A DNA stretch of 64,000 bases from Eledone cirrhosa. Lineage: Eukaryota. The notes beneath the pieces were generated by a model. That model was not told where the DNA came from, made no database searches, and saw nothing but the letters and a program-made list of their open reading frames with translations. Within the stretch, counting starts at the first letter, position 1. Each line of letters begins with the position of its first letter. A program made the position numbers and the translations under genes. Positions 61,601-64,000 of this stretch are shown piece by piece. Location of the stretch: the NCBI GenBank assembly GCA_964016885.1, contig CAXHJY010000530.1, forward strand, positions 1 to 64,000, given 5' to 3'.

Positions 61601-64000
61601 CAACAACTGGGTAGACTGGAACAGGTAGATCATACTAACACCTGGGAAGACTGGAACAGGTAGATGATACCAACAACTGGGAAGACTGGAACAGGTAGAT
61701 GATACCAACAACTGGGAAGACTGGAACAGGTAGATGATACTAACAACTGGGAAGACTGGAACAGGTAGATGATACCAACAACTGGGAAGACTGGAACAGG
61801 TAGATGATACCAACAACTGGGAAGACTGGAACAGGTAGATGATACCAACAACTGGGAAGACTGGAACAGGTAGATGATACTAACAACTGGGAAGACTGGA
61901 ACAGGTAGATGATACCAACAACTGGGAAGACTGGAGCAGGTAGATGATACCAACAACTGGGAAGACTGGAACAGGTAGATGATACCAATAACTGGGAAGA
62001 CTGGAACAGGTAGATGATACTAACAACTGGGAAGACTGGAACAGGCAGATGATACTAACAACTGGGAAGACTGGAACAGGTAGATGATACTAACAACTGG
62101 GAAGACTGGAACAGGTAGATGATACCAACAACTGGGAAGACTGGAACAGGTAGCTGATACCAACAACTGGGAAGACTGGAACAGGTAGATGATACCAACA
62201 ACTGGGAAGACTGGAACAGGTAGATGATACTAACAACTGGAAAGACTGGAACAGGTAGATGATACCAACAACTTGGAAGACTGGAACAGGTAGATGATAC
62301 CAACAACTGGGAAGACTGGAACAGGTAGATGATACCAACAACTGGGAAGACTGGAACAGGTAGATGATACTAACAACTGGCAAGACTGGAACAGGTAGAT
62401 GATACCAACAACTGGGAAGACTGGAACAGGTAGATGATACCAACAACTTGGAAGACTGGAACAGGTAGATGATACCAACAACTGGGAAGACTGGAACAGG
62501 TAGATGATACCAACAACTGGGAAGACTGGAACAGGTAGATGATACTAACAACTGGGAAGACTGGAACAGGTAGATGATACCAACAACTGGGAAGACTGGA
62601 ACAGGTAGATGATACTAACAACTGGGAAGACTGGAACAGGTAGATGATACCAACAACTGGGAAGACTGGAACAGGTAGATGATACTAACAACTGGGAAGA
62701 CTGGAACAGGTAGATGATACCAACAACTGGGAAGACTGGAACAGGTAGATGATACCAACAACTGGGAAGACTGGAACAGGTAGATGATACTAACAACTGG
62801 GAAGACTGGAACAGGTAGATGATACCAACAACTGGGAAGACTGGAACAGGTAGATGATACCAACAACTGGGAAGACTGGAACAGGTAGATGATACTAACA
62901 ACTGGGAAGACTGGAACAGGTAGATGATACCAACAACTGGGAAGACTGGAACAGGTAGATGATACCAACAACTGGGAAGACTGGAACAGGTAGATGATAC
63001 TAACAACTGGGAAGACTGGAACAGGTAGATGATACCAACAACTGGGAAGACTGGAACAGGTAGATGATACCAACAACTGGGAAGACTGGAACAGGTAGAT
63101 GATACCAATAACTGGGAAGACTGGAACAGGTAGATGATACTAACAACTGGGAAGACTGGAACAGGCAGATGATACTAACAACTGGGAAGACTGGAACAGG
63201 TAGAAGATACTAACAACTGGGAAGACTGGAACAGGTAGATGATACCAACAACTGGGTAGACTGGAACAGGTAGATGATACTAACAACTGGGAAGACTGAA
63301 ACAGGTAGATGATACTAACAACTGGGAAGACTGAAACAGGTAAATGATACTAACAACTGGGAAGACTGGAACAGGTAGATGATACTAACAACTGGGAAGA
63401 CTGGAACAGGTAGATGATACCAACAACTGGGAAGACTGGAACAGGTAGATGATACTAACAACTGGGAAGACTGGAACAGGTAGATGATACCAACAACTGG
63501 GAAGACTGGAACAGGTAGATGATACTAACAACTGGGAAGACTGGAACAGGTAGATGATACCGACAACTGGGAAGACTGGAACAGGTAGATAATACCAACA
63601 ACTGGGAAGACTGGAACAGGTAGATGATACTAACAACTGGGAAGACTGGAACAGGTAGATGATACCAACAACTGGGAAGACTGGAACAGGTAGATGATAC
63701 TAACAACTGGGAAGACTGGAACAGGTAGATGATACTAACAACTGGGAAGACTGGAACAGGTAGATGATACCAACAACTGGGAAGACTGGAACAGGTAGAT
63801 GATACCAACAACTGGGAAGACTGGAACAGGTAGATGATACCAACAACTGGGAAGACTAGAACAGGTAGATGATACTAACAACTGGGAAGACTGGAACAGG
63901 TAGAAGATACCAAAAACTGGGAAGACTGGAACAGGTAGATGATACCAACAACTGGGAAGACTGGAACAGGTAGATGATACTAACAACTGGGAAGACTGGA
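37651..64000. repeat. Macro-repeat copy 2 (truncated by window end; lacks one 3,675-bp block, expected length ~27.9 kb / 798 monomers)
   Basis: Offset to copy 1 is 31,605 up to ~55 kb and 27,930 afterwards: gtcgac 30041/57971, gggatga ~27344/55274, cgacaac 35631/63561, ORFs 35805/63735. Confidence 0.95.

Larger units (their letters stand above)
1..64000. repeat. 35-bp tandem satellite array (~1,830 monomers), consensus AACAACTGGGAAGACTGGAACAGGTAGATGATACY; runs to both window edges
   Basis: The same 35-mer is read head-to-tail on every line. Most ORF-track left ends after 7.5 kb are exact multiples of 35 (7525=215x35, 63735=1821x35). No spacer or unique DNA was seen. Confidence 0.99.

Noticed and set aside
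9-63986. Hundreds of minus-strand ORFs (LVSSTCSSLPSCWYHLPVPVFPVVGIIYLFQSSQL repeats, up to 351 aa)
   Set aside because: They are translations of the satellite. Because 35 is not a multiple of 3, all three frames give the same 35-aa cycle. The listed starts are TTG-type codons rather than ATG, and lengths depend on where the C/T variant creates TAG.
1-64000. CRISPR array (repeat length of 35 bp is in range)
   Set aside because: Repeats abut directly with no unique spacers, and there is no leader or cas gene.
1-64000. Plus-strand repeat protein or recoded gene
   Set aside because: TAG and TGA occur in each consensus monomer (plus TAA in T monomers) and rotate through all frames, and variants show no codon-position pattern.
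1-64000. Rolling-circle or synthetic concatemer artefact
   Set aside because: Nested duplications of different ages with shared and private substitutions need a multi-step evolutionary history that a concatemer of one template would not have.
1-64000. G-quadruplex, hairpin or splice-donor (CAG|GTAGAT) signals
   Set aside because: There is only one GGG and two GG per monomer, no inverted repeats or strand switches were seen, and the donor-like match has no exon context.

Overview
The whole 64-kb window is one uninterrupted, head-to-tail satellite array of a 35-bp monomer, AACAACTGGGAAGACTGGAACAGGTAGATGATAC(C/T), about 1,830 copies, all in the same orientation. I see no unique sequence, genuine gene, RNA gene, transposon or CRISPR spacer. 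All ORFs in the track are translations of the monomer's minus strand. Rare single-base variants act as landmarks and reveal a nested higher-order structure. The top level is a near-identical macro-repeat (offset 31,605 bp = 903 monomers, becoming 27,930 bp = 798 monomers after a 3,675-bp copy-number difference). It is built from older 3-5 kb blocks and local duplications of 0.28-5.4 kb. From ~7.1 kb to the end the 35-bp register is kept exactly, whereas the first ~7.1 kb has many 1-bp indels that look like low-coverage long-read error. Each consensus monomer carries CAGGTAG, the canonical Zelda/TAGteam motif; this matters only if the source is an insect or other arthropod. The organism cannot be identified from the sequence. 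A eukaryotic heterochromatic or centromeric satellite is the most likely reading.
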